A stretch of DNA of 64,000 nucleotides, from the NCBI GenBank assembly GCA_965224485.1, contig CBDCZH010000010.1:224001-288000 (forward strand), in the 5' to 3' direction. The stretch comes from Arcobacteraceae bacterium (GTDB lineage Bacteria; Campylobacterota; Campylobacteria; Campylobacterales; Arcobacteraceae). Shown one piece after another: positions 30,040-40,043 of the stretch. Both the position numbers and the translations under genes were made by a program. Position 1 is the stretch's first letter. The number at the start of each line of letters is the position of its first letter. The notes beneath the pieces are model-generated. The model was not told the DNA's origin. It did no database searches and saw nothing but the letters and a program-made list of their open reading frames with translations.

Positions 30040-31179
30040 ATGCAAAGAATAATTAATTTTATACAAAAAATATATAATACAAAAGAATTTATCCCTTTAC
30101 ATGAACCAAGATTTATAGGAAATGAAAAAAAATACTTAAATGATTGTATTGATTCTACCTTTGTATCAAGTGTTGGGAAATATGTAGATTTATTTGAAGA
30201 AAATTTTGCTAAAAAAGTTGGAAGTAAATATGCAATTGCTACTGTTAATGGAACAGCAGCTTTACATATGGCTTTAATTCTTTCAGATGTAACAAGAAGC
30301 GATGAAGTTATAACACAGCCTTTAACTTTTATAGCAACTTGTAATGCAATATCATATATTGGAGCAAAACCTGTATTTGTTGATGTTGATCTTGATACCA
30401 TGGGTTTATCTCCTAAAAGTTTAAAAGATTTTTTAGAAAAAAACTGTGAAATTATTAATAACAAATGTATTAATAAAAAAACAAAGAATATAATAAAAGC
30501 TTGTATTCCAATGCATACTTTTGGACATTCTTGTCGCATTGATGAAATAAAAGAAATTTGTCTTAAATGGAATATTTCTTTAGTAGAAGATGCAGCTGAG
30601 AGTTTAGGAACTTATTATAACGACAAACATACAGGAACTTTTGGAAAATTAGGAGTATTTTCTTTTAATGGAAATAAAATTATCACATCAGGTGGAGGTG
30701 GAGTAATTGTAACAGATGATGTAGAAATAGCAAAAAGAGCGAAACATCTAACAACTACTGCAAAAGTACCACATAAGTTTGAATATGTTCATGATGAAAT
30801 AGGGTTCAATTATAGAATGCCAAATCTTAATGCTGCTTTACTTGTTGCACAATTAGAACAATTAGATACTTTTATTAAAAGTAAAAGAGATTTAGCACTA
30901 AAATATGATGAGTTCTTTAAAGATATTGATGGTATTGATTTTATTATCGAACCTTATAACTCATCATCAAATTATTGGTTACAAGCTGTAATTCTTAAAG
31001 ACGTAAAAACAAGAGATGACTTTTTAGATTTTACAAATAAAAATGGTGTAATGACAAGACCTATTTGGAAACTTATGAATGAACTAAAAATGTTTAAAAA
31101 TTGCCAATCATCTGATTTAACAAATTCAAAAATTTGTGAAGAAAGAATTGTTAATATTCCAAGTAGTGTAAGAGTATAA
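30040..31179 (+). CDS. legC: LegC/LgaB family PLP aminotransferase
   Basis: IPLHEPRF, NGTAALH, EDAAESLG, SFNGNKIITSGGGG, GFNYRMPNLNAA. Confidence 0.88.
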   Translation: MQRIINFIQKIYNTKEFIPLHEPRFIGNEKKYLNDCIDSTFVSSVGKYVDLFEENFAKKVGSKYAIATVNGTAALHMALILSDVTRSDEVITQPLTFIATCNAISYIGAKPVFVDVDLDTMGLSPKSLKDFLEKNCEIINNKCINKKTKNIIKACIPMHTFGHSCRIDEIKEICLKWNISLVEDAAESLGTYYNDKHTGTFGKLGVFSFNGNKIITSGGGGVIVTDDVEIAKRAKHLTTTAKVPHKFEYVHDEIGFNYRMPNLNAALLVAQLEQLDTFIKSKRDLALKYDEFFKDIDGIDFIIEPYNSSSNYWLQAVILKDVKTRDDFLDFTNKNGVMTRPIWKLMNELKMFKNCQSSDLTNSKICEERIVNIPSSVRV

Positions 31180-31180
31180 A

Positions 31181-32014
31181 GTGAATACTTTAATAAAATA
31201 CAATAATGGAGAGATAGAATTATCAATATCTTTTGGAAATGATACTGTTTGGCTTAGTCAATTACAGATATCAGAGCTATTTGAAACAAGCTCTGATAAT
31301 GTTAGTCTTCATTTCAAAAATATTTATAAAGAGCAAGAATTAGATGAAAATACAACTACCGAGGATTTCTCGGTAGTTCGGCAAGAAGGTAAAAGAAAAG
31401 TAAAAAGAACAATAAGACATTACAACTTAGATGCTGTTATTTGTATAGGATATAGAGTTAGCTCTTTTAAAGCTACAAAATTCCGTCAGTGGGCAACATC
31501 TATTTTAAAAGAATACATATCAAATGGTTATGCTATAAATACGTATAAAATAACTGAACAAAGACTCTTCAATTTAGAAAATGATATGAATCTAGTGAAG
31601 TCAAAAATTAATGACAATACCTTAGAAATAAAACAAGGTATATTTTATGATGGGCAAATTTTTGATGCTTACATTTTTATCAATAGATTGATTAAAAATG
31701 CTAAAAATGAAGTAATATTAATAGACAACTATATAGATGAAAGTGTGCTAACTATTTTCAGTAAGTATCCAAATATTATTTTTACACTAAAAACTAAAAC
31801 TATCTCTAAACAATTAAAATTAGATATAGAAATATATAATAAACAATTTAATAATCTAGTAATTCAAAATTCAAGTAAATTTCATGATAGATTTTTAATA
31901 ATAGATAAAAAAGAGATATACCATATAGGTGCAAGTTTAAAAGATTTAGGAAATAAAATATTTGCTTTTAACAAAATGAATATTGATAATTTTGAATTCT
32001 TGGATAAAATATAA
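31181..32014 (+). CDS. RhuM-family DNA-binding protein with C-terminal PLD-like domain
   Basis: 'DTVWLSQLQISELF', 'HYNLDAVICIGYRVSS.KATKFRQWA'; C-terminal 'LIDNYID' and 'FHDRFLIID...YHIGASLKDLG'. Confidence 0.82.
   Translation: MNTLIKYNNGEIELSISFGNDTVWLSQLQISELFETSSDNVSLHFKNIYKEQELDENTTTEDFSVVRQEGKRKVKRTIRHYNLDAVICIGYRVSSFKATKFRQWATSILKEYISNGYAINTYKITEQRLFNLENDMNLVKSKINDNTLEIKQGIFYDGQIFDAYIFINRLIKNAKNEVILIDNYIDESVLTIFSKYPNIIFTLKTKTISKQLKLDIEIYNKQFNNLVIQNSSKFHDRFLIIDKKEIYHIGASLKDLGNKIFAFNKMNIDNFEFLDKI
31354..31378. repeat. perfect 10-bp inverted repeat inside the RhuM-family gene
   Basis: AACTACCGAG-GATTT-CTCGGTAGTT. Confidence 0.8.
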
Positions 32015-32589
32015 TGAAAGAAAAAATACTTTTACTTGGCGGTGGTGGTCATTGTCATAGTGTTATTGATGTAATTGAGCTAGAAGATAAATATATAATT
32101 GCTGGAATTATTGATAAAAAAGAATTAATTGGTACAAAAGTATTGGGATATGAAATAATTGGATGTGATGATAATTTGCAAGAACTATTTAAAATATATA
32201 ATAATATTGTAATTACAGTTGGACAAATAAAATCAAATATAACAAGAGTTTCTTTATTTAATAAAGTTAAAAATATTGGATTTAATCTTCCTATTATCAT
32301 ATCACCTCTTTCTTATGTATCAAAGCATTCACAAATAGAAGAAGGTACAATAATAATGCATCATTCTTTAGTTAATGCTAATGTAAAAATAGGTAAAAAT
32401 TGTATAATAAATACAAAAGCTCTTATTGAACATGATGTTATTATTGAAGATAATTGCCATATCTCAACAGGTGCAATTCTTAATGGAAATGTATTAGTAA
32501 AAAAGAATACATTTTTTGGAAGTAATGCTACTTCAAGAGAAACAACAGTAATAGATGGATTTATTAAAGCAGGAGAGTTGATAAAATGA
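32014..32589 (+). CDS. NeuD/PglD-like hexapeptide-repeat sugar acetyltransferase
   Basis: GGGGHCHSVID; 'IINTKALIEHDVIIEDNCHIS' left-handed beta-helix. Confidence 0.88.
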   Translation: MKEKILLLGGGGHCHSVIDVIELEDKYIIAGIIDKKELIGTKVLGYEIIGCDDNLQELFKIYNNIVITVGQIKSNITRVSLFNKVKNIGFNLPIIISPLSYVSKHSQIEEGTIIMHHSLVNANVKIGKNCIINTKALIEHDVIIEDNCHISTGAILNGNVLVKKNTFFGSNATSRETTVIDGFIKAGELIK

Positions 32590-33284
32590 ATAAAAAAATA
32601 GCTTTTTTAACAACAATTTTTCCTATGAAAATTGAATATTTATATGATTTTTTTAATTCACTTGAAAAACAAACATATAAGACTTTTGATATAATAGTAA
32701 TTAATGATGATTATGATAATTTTGAATTATTAATAGCTAAATTTAATACATTAAATATAATAGAAGTAAAATATTCAAACACAATTGCTAAAAATAGAGA
32801 GTATGGTATAAAATATATTATTGAAAATAATTATGATATTCTTATTTTTGGAGATAGTGATGATTATTTTATGGAGAATAGAGTTGAAAAATCTATTGAT
32901 TTATTAAGTAAGTATGATATTGTCGTTAATGATTTAACATTATTTGATAAAAAAGATATTATTATAAATAAATATATTTCAAATAGAATACAAAATCATA
33001 CAATGATAACTTATAAATTTATTGAAGATAAAAATATATTTGGATTGTCTAATACAGCTATCAATGTACATATCTTAGATAAAATAGTGTTTAATAAAGA
33101 TTTAGTAGCAGTAGACTGGTTTTTATATAAATATTTATTAAAATTAAAATATAGTGCTATTTTTACAAATGAAACAGAAACTTATTATAGACAATATGAA
33201 AATAATACAATTGGATTAGACACTCAAAATGGAATTTATCCATTATGGTGGGAAGATATTAAAGAGATAAAGGAAAATAACTAA
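32586..33284 (+). CDS. GT-A/GT2-like protein
   Basis: 'SLEKQTYKTFDIIVIND', 'FGDSDD' DxD motif, 'YYRQY'. Confidence 0.7.
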   Translation: MNKKIAFLTTIFPMKIEYLYDFFNSLEKQTYKTFDIIVINDDYDNFELLIAKFNTLNIIEVKYSNTIAKNREYGIKYIIENNYDILIFGDSDDYFMENRVEKSIDLLSKYDIVVNDLTLFDKKDIIINKYISNRIQNHTMITYKFIEDKNIFGLSNTAINVHILDKIVFNKDLVAVDWFLYKYLLKLKYSAIFTNETETYYRQYENNTIGLDTQNGIYPLWWEDIKEIKENN

Positions 33285-33286
33285 TT

Positions 33287-34348
33287 ATGGCAATTAGATT
33301 AACAAAAAAAAAAGAACTTACTAACTTTTGTAAACCCTATATAATAGCAGAACTTGGTGCAAACCATAATGGTGATATGAAGTTAGCAAAAAAATTAATA
33401 TTAGAAGCTAAAAAGTCAGGTGTTGATTGCGTAAAATTTCAGAGTTGGAGTAAAGATTCAATTTTTGCTAAAAAGAAATATGAAGATAATTACTTCATTG
33501 CTGATGATTATAGAAATAGAGATGATTATACACTTGAAGAAATTGTTGATAGTTACTCTATTTCAGAAGATGAATTATTAGAGATGAAAAAGTTTGCAGA
33601 TGAGCTTGGAATAGATTGTACTTCTACCCCATTTAATAAAAAAGAGGCTGACTTTTTAGTATATAAAATGGATACTCCTTTTATAAAAGTTGCTTCAATG
33701 GACTTAAATAATTATCCTTTTTTAGAATATCTTGCTAAAAAAAATAAACCGATGATAATTTCTACAGGATTAAGTGAATTATATGAGATAGATAAAGCAG
33801 TGAAAACAATAGAAGATGCAGGAAATACTCAAATAGTAATTTTACATTGTGTTGCGACATATCCACCAGAAGATAAAGATGTAAATCTTAATAATATTAA
33901 AACATTAATGAGAACATATCCAAACTACCCAATAGGATTTTCTGACCATACTTTAGGTACGGCTATACCTTTGGCTGCAGTGGCCTTAGGTGTCTGTTTA
34001 ATAGAGAAACATTTTACGCTTGATAAAAATATGGAAGGTTGGGATCACAAAGTTTCAGCAACAAAAGATGAGATGAAAGAAATTGTTGAAAACTCAATTA
34101 GAGTTTCTGATGCATTAGGATCTTTTCGAATAACGGCTTCAGAATCAGATGAAAAGAAAAAAGAATTTAGAAGAAGTATAGTTTTAAGGAAAGAATTTAC
34201 AAAAGATGAAATTATAACAATAGAAGATATTGACTACAAAAGACCTGGTGGTGGATTTGATCCAGATATGACTAGTTTTATTGTAGGTAGAAGAGTAAAT
34301 AAAGACTTGAAATTTGATCATATTCTAACACAGGAGGATATCTTTTAA
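33287..34348 (+). CDS. NeuB-family nonulosonic acid synthase
   Basis: IIAELGANHNGD, KFQ, STPF, IKVAS, LHCVATYP, GFSDHT, IEKHFTLD, C-terminal SAF domain. Confidence 0.92.
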   Translation: MAIRLTKKKELTNFCKPYIIAELGANHNGDMKLAKKLILEAKKSGVDCVKFQSWSKDSIFAKKKYEDNYFIADDYRNRDDYTLEEIVDSYSISEDELLEMKKFADELGIDCTSTPFNKKEADFLVYKMDTPFIKVASMDLNNYPFLEYLAKKNKPMIISTGLSELYEIDKAVKTIEDAGNTQIVILHCVATYPPEDKDVNLNNIKTLMRTYPNYPIGFSDHTLGTAIPLAAVALGVCLIEKHFTLDKNMEGWDHKVSATKDEMKEIVENSIRVSDALGSFRITASESDEKKKEFRRSIVLRKEFTKDEIITIEDIDYKRPGGGFDPDMTSFIVGRRVNKDLKFDHILTQEDIF

Positions 34349-35376
34349 TGAATTTTAAAAAATATTGTTATTGTTTGTCTCAATTAAAAATTTTTGATGA
34401 TGTACTTAATGCCGTTGAAAATGTAGGTGTAGGTTCTATAATAATAGTTAATGATAATTTTAAGTTAATAGGAATTATAACAGATGGAGATATAAGACGT
34501 GCACTTCTAAAAAAAGAGAATAATATTGATAAAATTATCAATAAAAATCCTGAAGTTTGGACAAATTTACAATCTAGACAGTCAGGTATAACTCATTTAA
34601 AGAAAATTCATAGAAATATTTTGCCTATAGTTAATAATGAAAAAATAGTTGTAGATATTTTGTGTTTGGATGAGATTAACTTTGATACTATATCTAATCC
34701 CGTCATTATTATGGCAGGAGGTCTTGGTACTAGACTATACCCTTTAACCAAAGATACTCCAAAGCCTATGCTTCATATAAATGGAAAACCTCTATTAGAA
34801 AGAATCCTTGAAAAATTAATTCTTCAAGGATTTCAGAATTTTTACATCTCTATAAATTATTTAGGAGAACAAATAAAAGAATATTTTGGAGATGGAAATA
34901 AATGGGATATTTCAATTAAATATATTGAAGAAACACAAAGACTAGGTACAGCAGGTGCATTATTTTATTTAAAAGAAAAAATACATGAACCATTTCTTGT
35001 AATGAATGGAGATATAATTACAGATTTAGACTTTAGAAACCTATTAAATAACCATGTGGATGATAAGAGCTTTTCTACAATGTGTGTATATAAACAGTTT
35101 CATCAAATACCATTTGGTGTAGTAGAATTTAACAATGATAAAAAAATTATTAATATGAAAGAAAAACCGAAAAATGAATATTTCATTAATATGGGTATTT
35201 ATGCTATTAGTCCCGAATCTCTAAAATATATTCCGGATAATGAATATTTTGAAATGCCAACATTATTCCAAAATATCCTAGATGATGATAAGTTATCTGA
35301 CGTTTATTTATTTGATGGTTTATGGAATGATATAGGTAGACTTGAAGATTACAAGTCTGCAAATGATATAAATTGA
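34348..35376 (+). CDS. CBS-domain sugar-1-phosphate nucleotidyltransferase (PtmE/LgaF-like)
   Basis: CBS 'GIITDGDIRR'; MAGGLGTRLYPLT...PKPML; LGTAGAL; NGD; W.DIG. Confidence 0.88.
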   Translation: MNFKKYCYCLSQLKIFDDVLNAVENVGVGSIIIVNDNFKLIGIITDGDIRRALLKKENNIDKIINKNPEVWTNLQSRQSGITHLKKIHRNILPIVNNEKIVVDILCLDEINFDTISNPVIIMAGGLGTRLYPLTKDTPKPMLHINGKPLLERILEKLILQGFQNFYISINYLGEQIKEYFGDGNKWDISIKYIEETQRLGTAGALFYLKEKIHEPFLVMNGDIITDLDFRNLLNNHVDDKSFSTMCVYKQFHQIPFGVVEFNNDKKIINMKEKPKNEYFINMGIYAISPESLKYIPDNEYFEMPTLFQNILDDDKLSDVYLFDGLWNDIGRLEDYKSANDIN

Positions 35377-35386
35377 AAGGGGAAAG

Positions 35387-36361
35387 ATGAAAATTTTACA
35401 AATTGGTTTAGGTTCCATGGGAAAGAGAAGAATTAGAAACCTTCAATATTTAGGTTATAAAGATATAGTTGCTTTTGATTTAAGAGATGATAGAAGAAGT
35501 GAGGTAAGTAAGCTGTATGAGATTGAGTGTGTTGCTAGTATTGATGATATAAATTTAGCAAGTTTTACTCACTTTATAGTCTCAACACCTCCTGACAAAC
35601 ACTCCAAGTACGCTCTTTTAGGATTAAAAAATAATATACATGTATTTATTGAAGCTAGTGTATTGGATGATGATTATTCTGAACTAATTGCCTTGTCTGC
35701 TAATAAAAATATTTTAATAGCCCCTTCTTGTACAATGAGGTTTGATCCTTTAAATAAAAAAACAAAAGAAATATTAGATTCAAATATTCTAGGTAAAAAA
35801 ATATTTTCACAGCATCATTTTGGACTTTATTTACCTTATTGGCATCCATATGAATCAATTAAAAGCTTTTATGTGTCTAAAAGAGAAACAGGTGCAGCTA
35901 GGGAAATTGTACCATTTGATTTAGTTTATATTAGTTGGTTGTGTGGTAAACCAAAAGGTTTAGTAAATAGTCTTATAACAAAAACTGGTGTATTAGATAT
36001 TGATATTGATGATATTTACTCCTTGCAATACCAAACAGAAAATAATTGCCATGTTCAATTTACTATAGATGTTATATCTAAAAAAGCTTATAGAACAACT
36101 AAAATAGTATGTGAAAATGGTAGTATTGAGTTGGATACAGTAAAGGGAGAACTATCTGTATTTAATGCAAATGAAAATAAATGGCAATTATTTAATAGAG
36201 CACAATTGTCTACAACTAAGAGTACAGAAGAGATGTATGTTTTAGAAATGGATAAATTTATTAATGCATCATTAGGAAATGATAGTTGGGATTACTCATT
36301 AGAAGAAGATCTCGAAGTACTGAAATGGCTCTATTCTTCAGAGAGAAATAAAGCAAATTAA
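35387..36361 (+). CDS. Gfo/Idh/MocA family oxidoreductase
   Basis: IGLGSMGKRR Rossmann motif, 'STPPDKH', 'YLPYWHPYE'. Confidence 0.82.
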   Translation: MKILQIGLGSMGKRRIRNLQYLGYKDIVAFDLRDDRRSEVSKLYEIECVASIDDINLASFTHFIVSTPPDKHSKYALLGLKNNIHVFIEASVLDDDYSELIALSANKNILIAPSCTMRFDPLNKKTKEILDSNILGKKIFSQHHFGLYLPYWHPYESIKSFYVSKRETGAAREIVPFDLVYISWLCGKPKGLVNSLITKTGVLDIDIDDIYSLQYQTENNCHVQFTIDVISKKAYRTTKIVCENGSIELDTVKGELSVFNANENKWQLFNRAQLSTTKSTEEMYVLEMDKFINASLGNDSWDYSLEEDLEVLKWLYSSERNKAN

Positions 36362-37099
36362 ATGGATCAATATTTTATTATAATTCAAGCCAGAATGGGA
36401 TCTACTAGAAGACCTGGAAAAATTAATAATTTATTTAATGGTGAGCCTATGTTAGTGTATCAAATAAAACGCTTACAATCTTATGGTTATAAAAATATTA
36501 TAGTAGCTACCACAAATGAACGGAGTGATGATATTACAGAAGAAACTGTTAGATCAACAGGTGCAATATGTTTTAGAGGTTCTGAAAATGATGTATTAAA
36601 TAGATTTAATGAATGTTGTAATAAATACAAAATAGAAAATATAATAAGAGTTGGGGGTGATGATCCTTTAATTGACCCAGAAGGTATTATTCAATTATGT
36701 AATATACATAAAACAACACACAATGATTATGATTTAATTTATACAAGTCATCCTACAGGTTGGATTTATGGAACAGCAGCAGAGCTTTTTACATATAAAT
36801 CAATTTCTATGGCTAATAAGATAGTTAAAACGGAAATTGAAAGAGAGCATATAATCCCTTATTATAAAAATAATTATGATAAATTAAAAATTTTAAAAGT
36901 TGATTCTCTAAATCAATATAATAGAAAAGATATATACGTATCAGTTGATTACCAAGAAGATTTGGATTTGATTGCTCAAATAATAGATTTTTTTACTGAA
37001 GAAGGAACACGATATACATTTACACAAAAAGAATTGATAACTTTGTATGATAGTGGAAAATTAAATATTAATAACAAACAACTACATAGTGGTTTTTAA
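36362..37099 (+). CDS. SpsF-like cytidylyltransferase (CMP-ulosonate synthetase family)
   Basis: IIQARMGSTRRPGK, FRGSENDVLNRF, EREHI, SVDYQEDL. Confidence 0.85.
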   Translation: MDQYFIIIQARMGSTRRPGKINNLFNGEPMLVYQIKRLQSYGYKNIIVATTNERSDDITEETVRSTGAICFRGSENDVLNRFNECCNKYKIENIIRVGGDDPLIDPEGIIQLCNIHKTTHNDYDLIYTSHPTGWIYGTAAELFTYKSISMANKIVKTEIEREHIIPYYKNNYDKLKILKVDSLNQYNRKDIYVSVDYQEDLDLIAQIIDFFTEEGTRYTFTQKELITLYDSGKLNINNKQLHSGF

Positions 37100-37111
37100 A
37101 AGGAAAAATAA

Positions 37112-38491
37112 ATGAATTATAAAAAATCTTTTGATATTAATGAAAAGTTACATAGCTTAATCCCTGGCGGTAGCCATACTTATAGTAAAGGAGAAGACCA
37201 ATTTCCATATAATTCTCCACGAGTAATGTCTCATGCAAAGGGTGCTTATACTTGGGATATAGATGGTAATAAGTTTATTGACTGGGCTATGGGCAATAGA
37301 GTCTTTATATTAGGACATACTTTTGAGGAAGTAGACAATGCAGTAATTAAATCAATACAGAAGGGCACAAACTATACAAGACCTGGTATTTTGGAATACG
37401 AAGTTGCAGATTATTTAATTAATGATCATTTTGAAAATAAATTTGATATGATTAAGTTTGGAAAGAATGGTTCAGATGTTACCACTGCGGCTATTAAACT
37501 AGCTAGAGCCTATACTGGACGAAAATATATTTTAGTTTGTGCTTCTCATCCATTTTTTTCTATTCATGATTGGTTTATAGGTTCAACAGATATGAATAGT
37601 GGAACAATTGATACTGAAAGAGAATATACATTAAAATTTATTTATAATGATAGAGAAAGTATAGAAAAGATTTTTGATGAATATAAGGACCAAATAGCAG
37701 GTGTGATTTTAGAACCGGTAAAAAATGATTCTCCTTATTTAGATGCTTCCAAAGATGATTATCATTTAGAAACTTTGATACAAAAGAATAATTCGTCGGA
37801 TAATAACTTTTTAGAATACTTAAGAGAAAAAACTAATAAAGAAGGCAGTGTTCTTATTTTTGATGAGATGATTTCTGGAATGAGATTTGATACAAAAGGA
37901 GCTCACTCTTTATATAATGTATATCCAGATTTATCTACATTTGGTAAATCTGTATCTAATGGTTACTCTTGTTCTTTTTTGGTTGGTAAAAAAGAGATTA
38001 TGGAGTTAGGTGGGTTGAAACATAATAAAGAAAGAGTATTTTTGCTATCTCAAACCCATGGTTCTGAAACAGTTGGCCTTTCTGCAACTCTTGCAACTTT
38101 AAAAGCTTGCAAAAAATATGATGTATCAAATCATGTTTGGAAAATAGGAAAAAAATTAAAAGAAGATTTTACTCAATTAGTTAATAAAAAAAATGTTTCT
38201 GAGTATTTTAGAATTATAGGATTTGATGCAAATCCACAAATCTTATGTACATATGAAGATGGTACTTTTTGGCCAGAGTTACATACTTTTTTTCATGATA
38301 TAGTTATAAATGAAGGAGTATTTATCCCTTGGATAACAATTACTTACAGCCATAAAGAAGAGCATATTAAGATAACGATAGATGCAATAGAAAAAGCAAT
38401 AAAAAAATTGAAACCAATTATAAATAGCAATGAAATTGAAAAACTACTAATAGGCGAAGCTGTAAAACCCGTATTTAGAAAATATAATTAA
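37112..38491 (+). CDS. class III PLP aminotransferase (GSA-aminomutase-like, KdnA-like)
   Basis: PGGSHTYSKG, WDIDGN.FID, KNGSDVT, ILEP, IFDEMISG, TFGK. Confidence 0.85.
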   Translation: MNYKKSFDINEKLHSLIPGGSHTYSKGEDQFPYNSPRVMSHAKGAYTWDIDGNKFIDWAMGNRVFILGHTFEEVDNAVIKSIQKGTNYTRPGILEYEVADYLINDHFENKFDMIKFGKNGSDVTTAAIKLARAYTGRKYILVCASHPFFSIHDWFIGSTDMNSGTIDTEREYTLKFIYNDRESIEKIFDEYKDQIAGVILEPVKNDSPYLDASKDDYHLETLIQKNNSSDNNFLEYLREKTNKEGSVLIFDEMISGMRFDTKGAHSLYNVYPDLSTFGKSVSNGYSCSFLVGKKEIMELGGLKHNKERVFLLSQTHGSETVGLSATLATLKACKKYDVSNHVWKIGKKLKEDFTQLVNKKNVSEYFRIIGFDANPQILCTYEDGTFWPELHTFFHDIVINEGVFIPWITITYSHKEEHIKITIDAIEKAIKKLKPIINSNEIEKLLIGEAVKPVFRKYN

Positions 38492-39273
38492 TGATTATTG
38501 CTACAGTTTCTTTAAATCAAATTTGGGAAGATAAAGAGAAAAACTTAATTCAATGTGAAAAAAATATAAAAATTTCTTCACAAAAAAAAATTGATTTGAT
38601 TATTTTTCCAGAGATGACACTTACTGGATTTTCTAATAATATTAAGAAAAATTTAGAAAATGAGAATGAGAGTAAAACTATAATATCTTTTTCTAATTTA
38701 GCTAAAAAATACTCAATAGCTATTTTTTTTGGAGTGGTTATAAAAGACGAAAATAAAGCATTAAATAAACTAATTTTTATAGATAAAAGTGGACAAGTAT
38801 TGAAAGATTACTCTAAAATTCATCCATTTAGTTTTACTGATGAAGATAAATACTTTAATGCAGGAAATGAATTGATAATTGCAAAATTTGAAGATTTAAA
38901 TATAGGTCTAACAATTTGTTATGATTTAAGATTCCCTGAACTTTATAGCTCTTTGGCTAAAAATTGTGATTTAATTGTAAATATTGCAAATTGGCCATTG
39001 AAAAGAGTAGATCATTGGAATACCTTATTAAAAGCAAGAGCTATTGAAAATCAAATCTTTGTTGCTGGTGTAAATAGAATTGGCATTGATGGTAATGGTT
39101 TAAAATATTCTGAGAGTAGCAATATATTTAATGCAAATGGTGAAGAATTACAATATACAAAAATAGATGATATGAAAATTTATGATGTAGACAAAAACTG
39201 GACAAAAGAATTTAAAACAAACTTTAACACAACAAATGACAGAAAAATAGGTTTATATAGGGAAATATTATAA
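38491..39273 (+). CDS. nitrilase/carbon-nitrogen hydrolase (YafV/omega-amidase-like)
   Basis: Catalytic triad FPE / YSKIH / ICYDLRFPE; 'ARAIENQ'. Confidence 0.88.
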   Translation: MIIATVSLNQIWEDKEKNLIQCEKNIKISSQKKIDLIIFPEMTLTGFSNNIKKNLENENESKTIISFSNLAKKYSIAIFFGVVIKDENKALNKLIFIDKSGQVLKDYSKIHPFSFTDEDKYFNAGNELIIAKFEDLNIGLTICYDLRFPELYSSLAKNCDLIVNIANWPLKRVDHWNTLLKARAIENQIFVAGVNRIGIDGNGLKYSESSNIFNANGEELQYTKIDDMKIYDVDKNWTKEFKTNFNTTNDRKIGLYREIL

Positions 39274-40043
39274 TGCTTAAAAATAAAATAGTTGTAGTTA
39301 CAGGTGGTGCTGGATTAATTGGACAAAAATTTGTAGAAGCTATTATCGAAAATGATGGGACTGCTATTATAGCTGATATAAATAAAGAGCTTGGATTAAA
39401 AGCAAAAAATGATTTATCGAAAAAATGTAATACAGTAAATATTGAATTTGTAGAACTGAATATAACATCTGTTGAATCTCTTGTTCAATGTATCACTTTT
39501 CTTAATAAAAAATATGGCAAAATAGATGCACTTGTTAATAATGCATATCCGAGAAATAAGAAATATGGAAGAAGTTTTTTTGATGTAGAATATGAAGACT
39601 TTGTAGAAAATACTGGACTTAATTTAGGAGGATATTTTACAACTTCACAACAGTTTGCTAAATATTTTAAAAAACAAGGTTATGGAAATATTATAAATAT
39701 TAGTTCAATATACGGAGTGATTGCTCCAAAATTTGAAATATATAATGGAACAGAAATGAGTATGCCTGTTGAATACGCAGCGATAAAATCAGGGCTTATT
39801 CATCTGACAAAATATATGGCAAAGTACTTTAAAGGGATGAACATTAAGGTAAATACTTTAAGTCCTGGAGGAATACTAAATAACCAACCTCAATCTTTTT
39901 TAGATAGGTATAAAGAATATTCTTTAAATAAGGGTATGTTAGATGCTAAGGATTTAGAAGGAACGTTAGTATATTTATTAAGTGATATGAGTAAATATGT
40001 TAATGGACAAAATATTATAATCGATGACGGATGGAGTTTATGA
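39273..40043 (+). CDS. SDR oxidoreductase, PtmA/ElaC-like
   Basis: TGGAGLIG, LVNNAYPRN, SSIYG, YAAIK, SPGGI, DDGWSL. Confidence 0.85.
   Translation: MLKNKIVVVTGGAGLIGQKFVEAIIENDGTAIIADINKELGLKAKNDLSKKCNTVNIEFVELNITSVESLVQCITFLNKKYGKIDALVNNAYPRNKKYGRSFFDVEYEDFVENTGLNLGGYFTTSQQFAKYFKKQGYGNIINISSIYGVIAPKFEIYNGTEMSMPVEYAAIKSGLIHLTKYMAKYFKGMNIKVNTLSPGGILNNQPQSFLDRYKEYSLNKGMLDAKDLEGTLVYLLSDMSKYVNGQNIIIDDGWSL

Noticed and set aside
37112..38491. Annotation as hemL (tetrapyrrole synthesis)
   Set aside because: Embedded in a NulO cluster, with PGGSHTYSKG/KNGSD motifs rather than HemL's PGGVNSPVR/NSGTEA.
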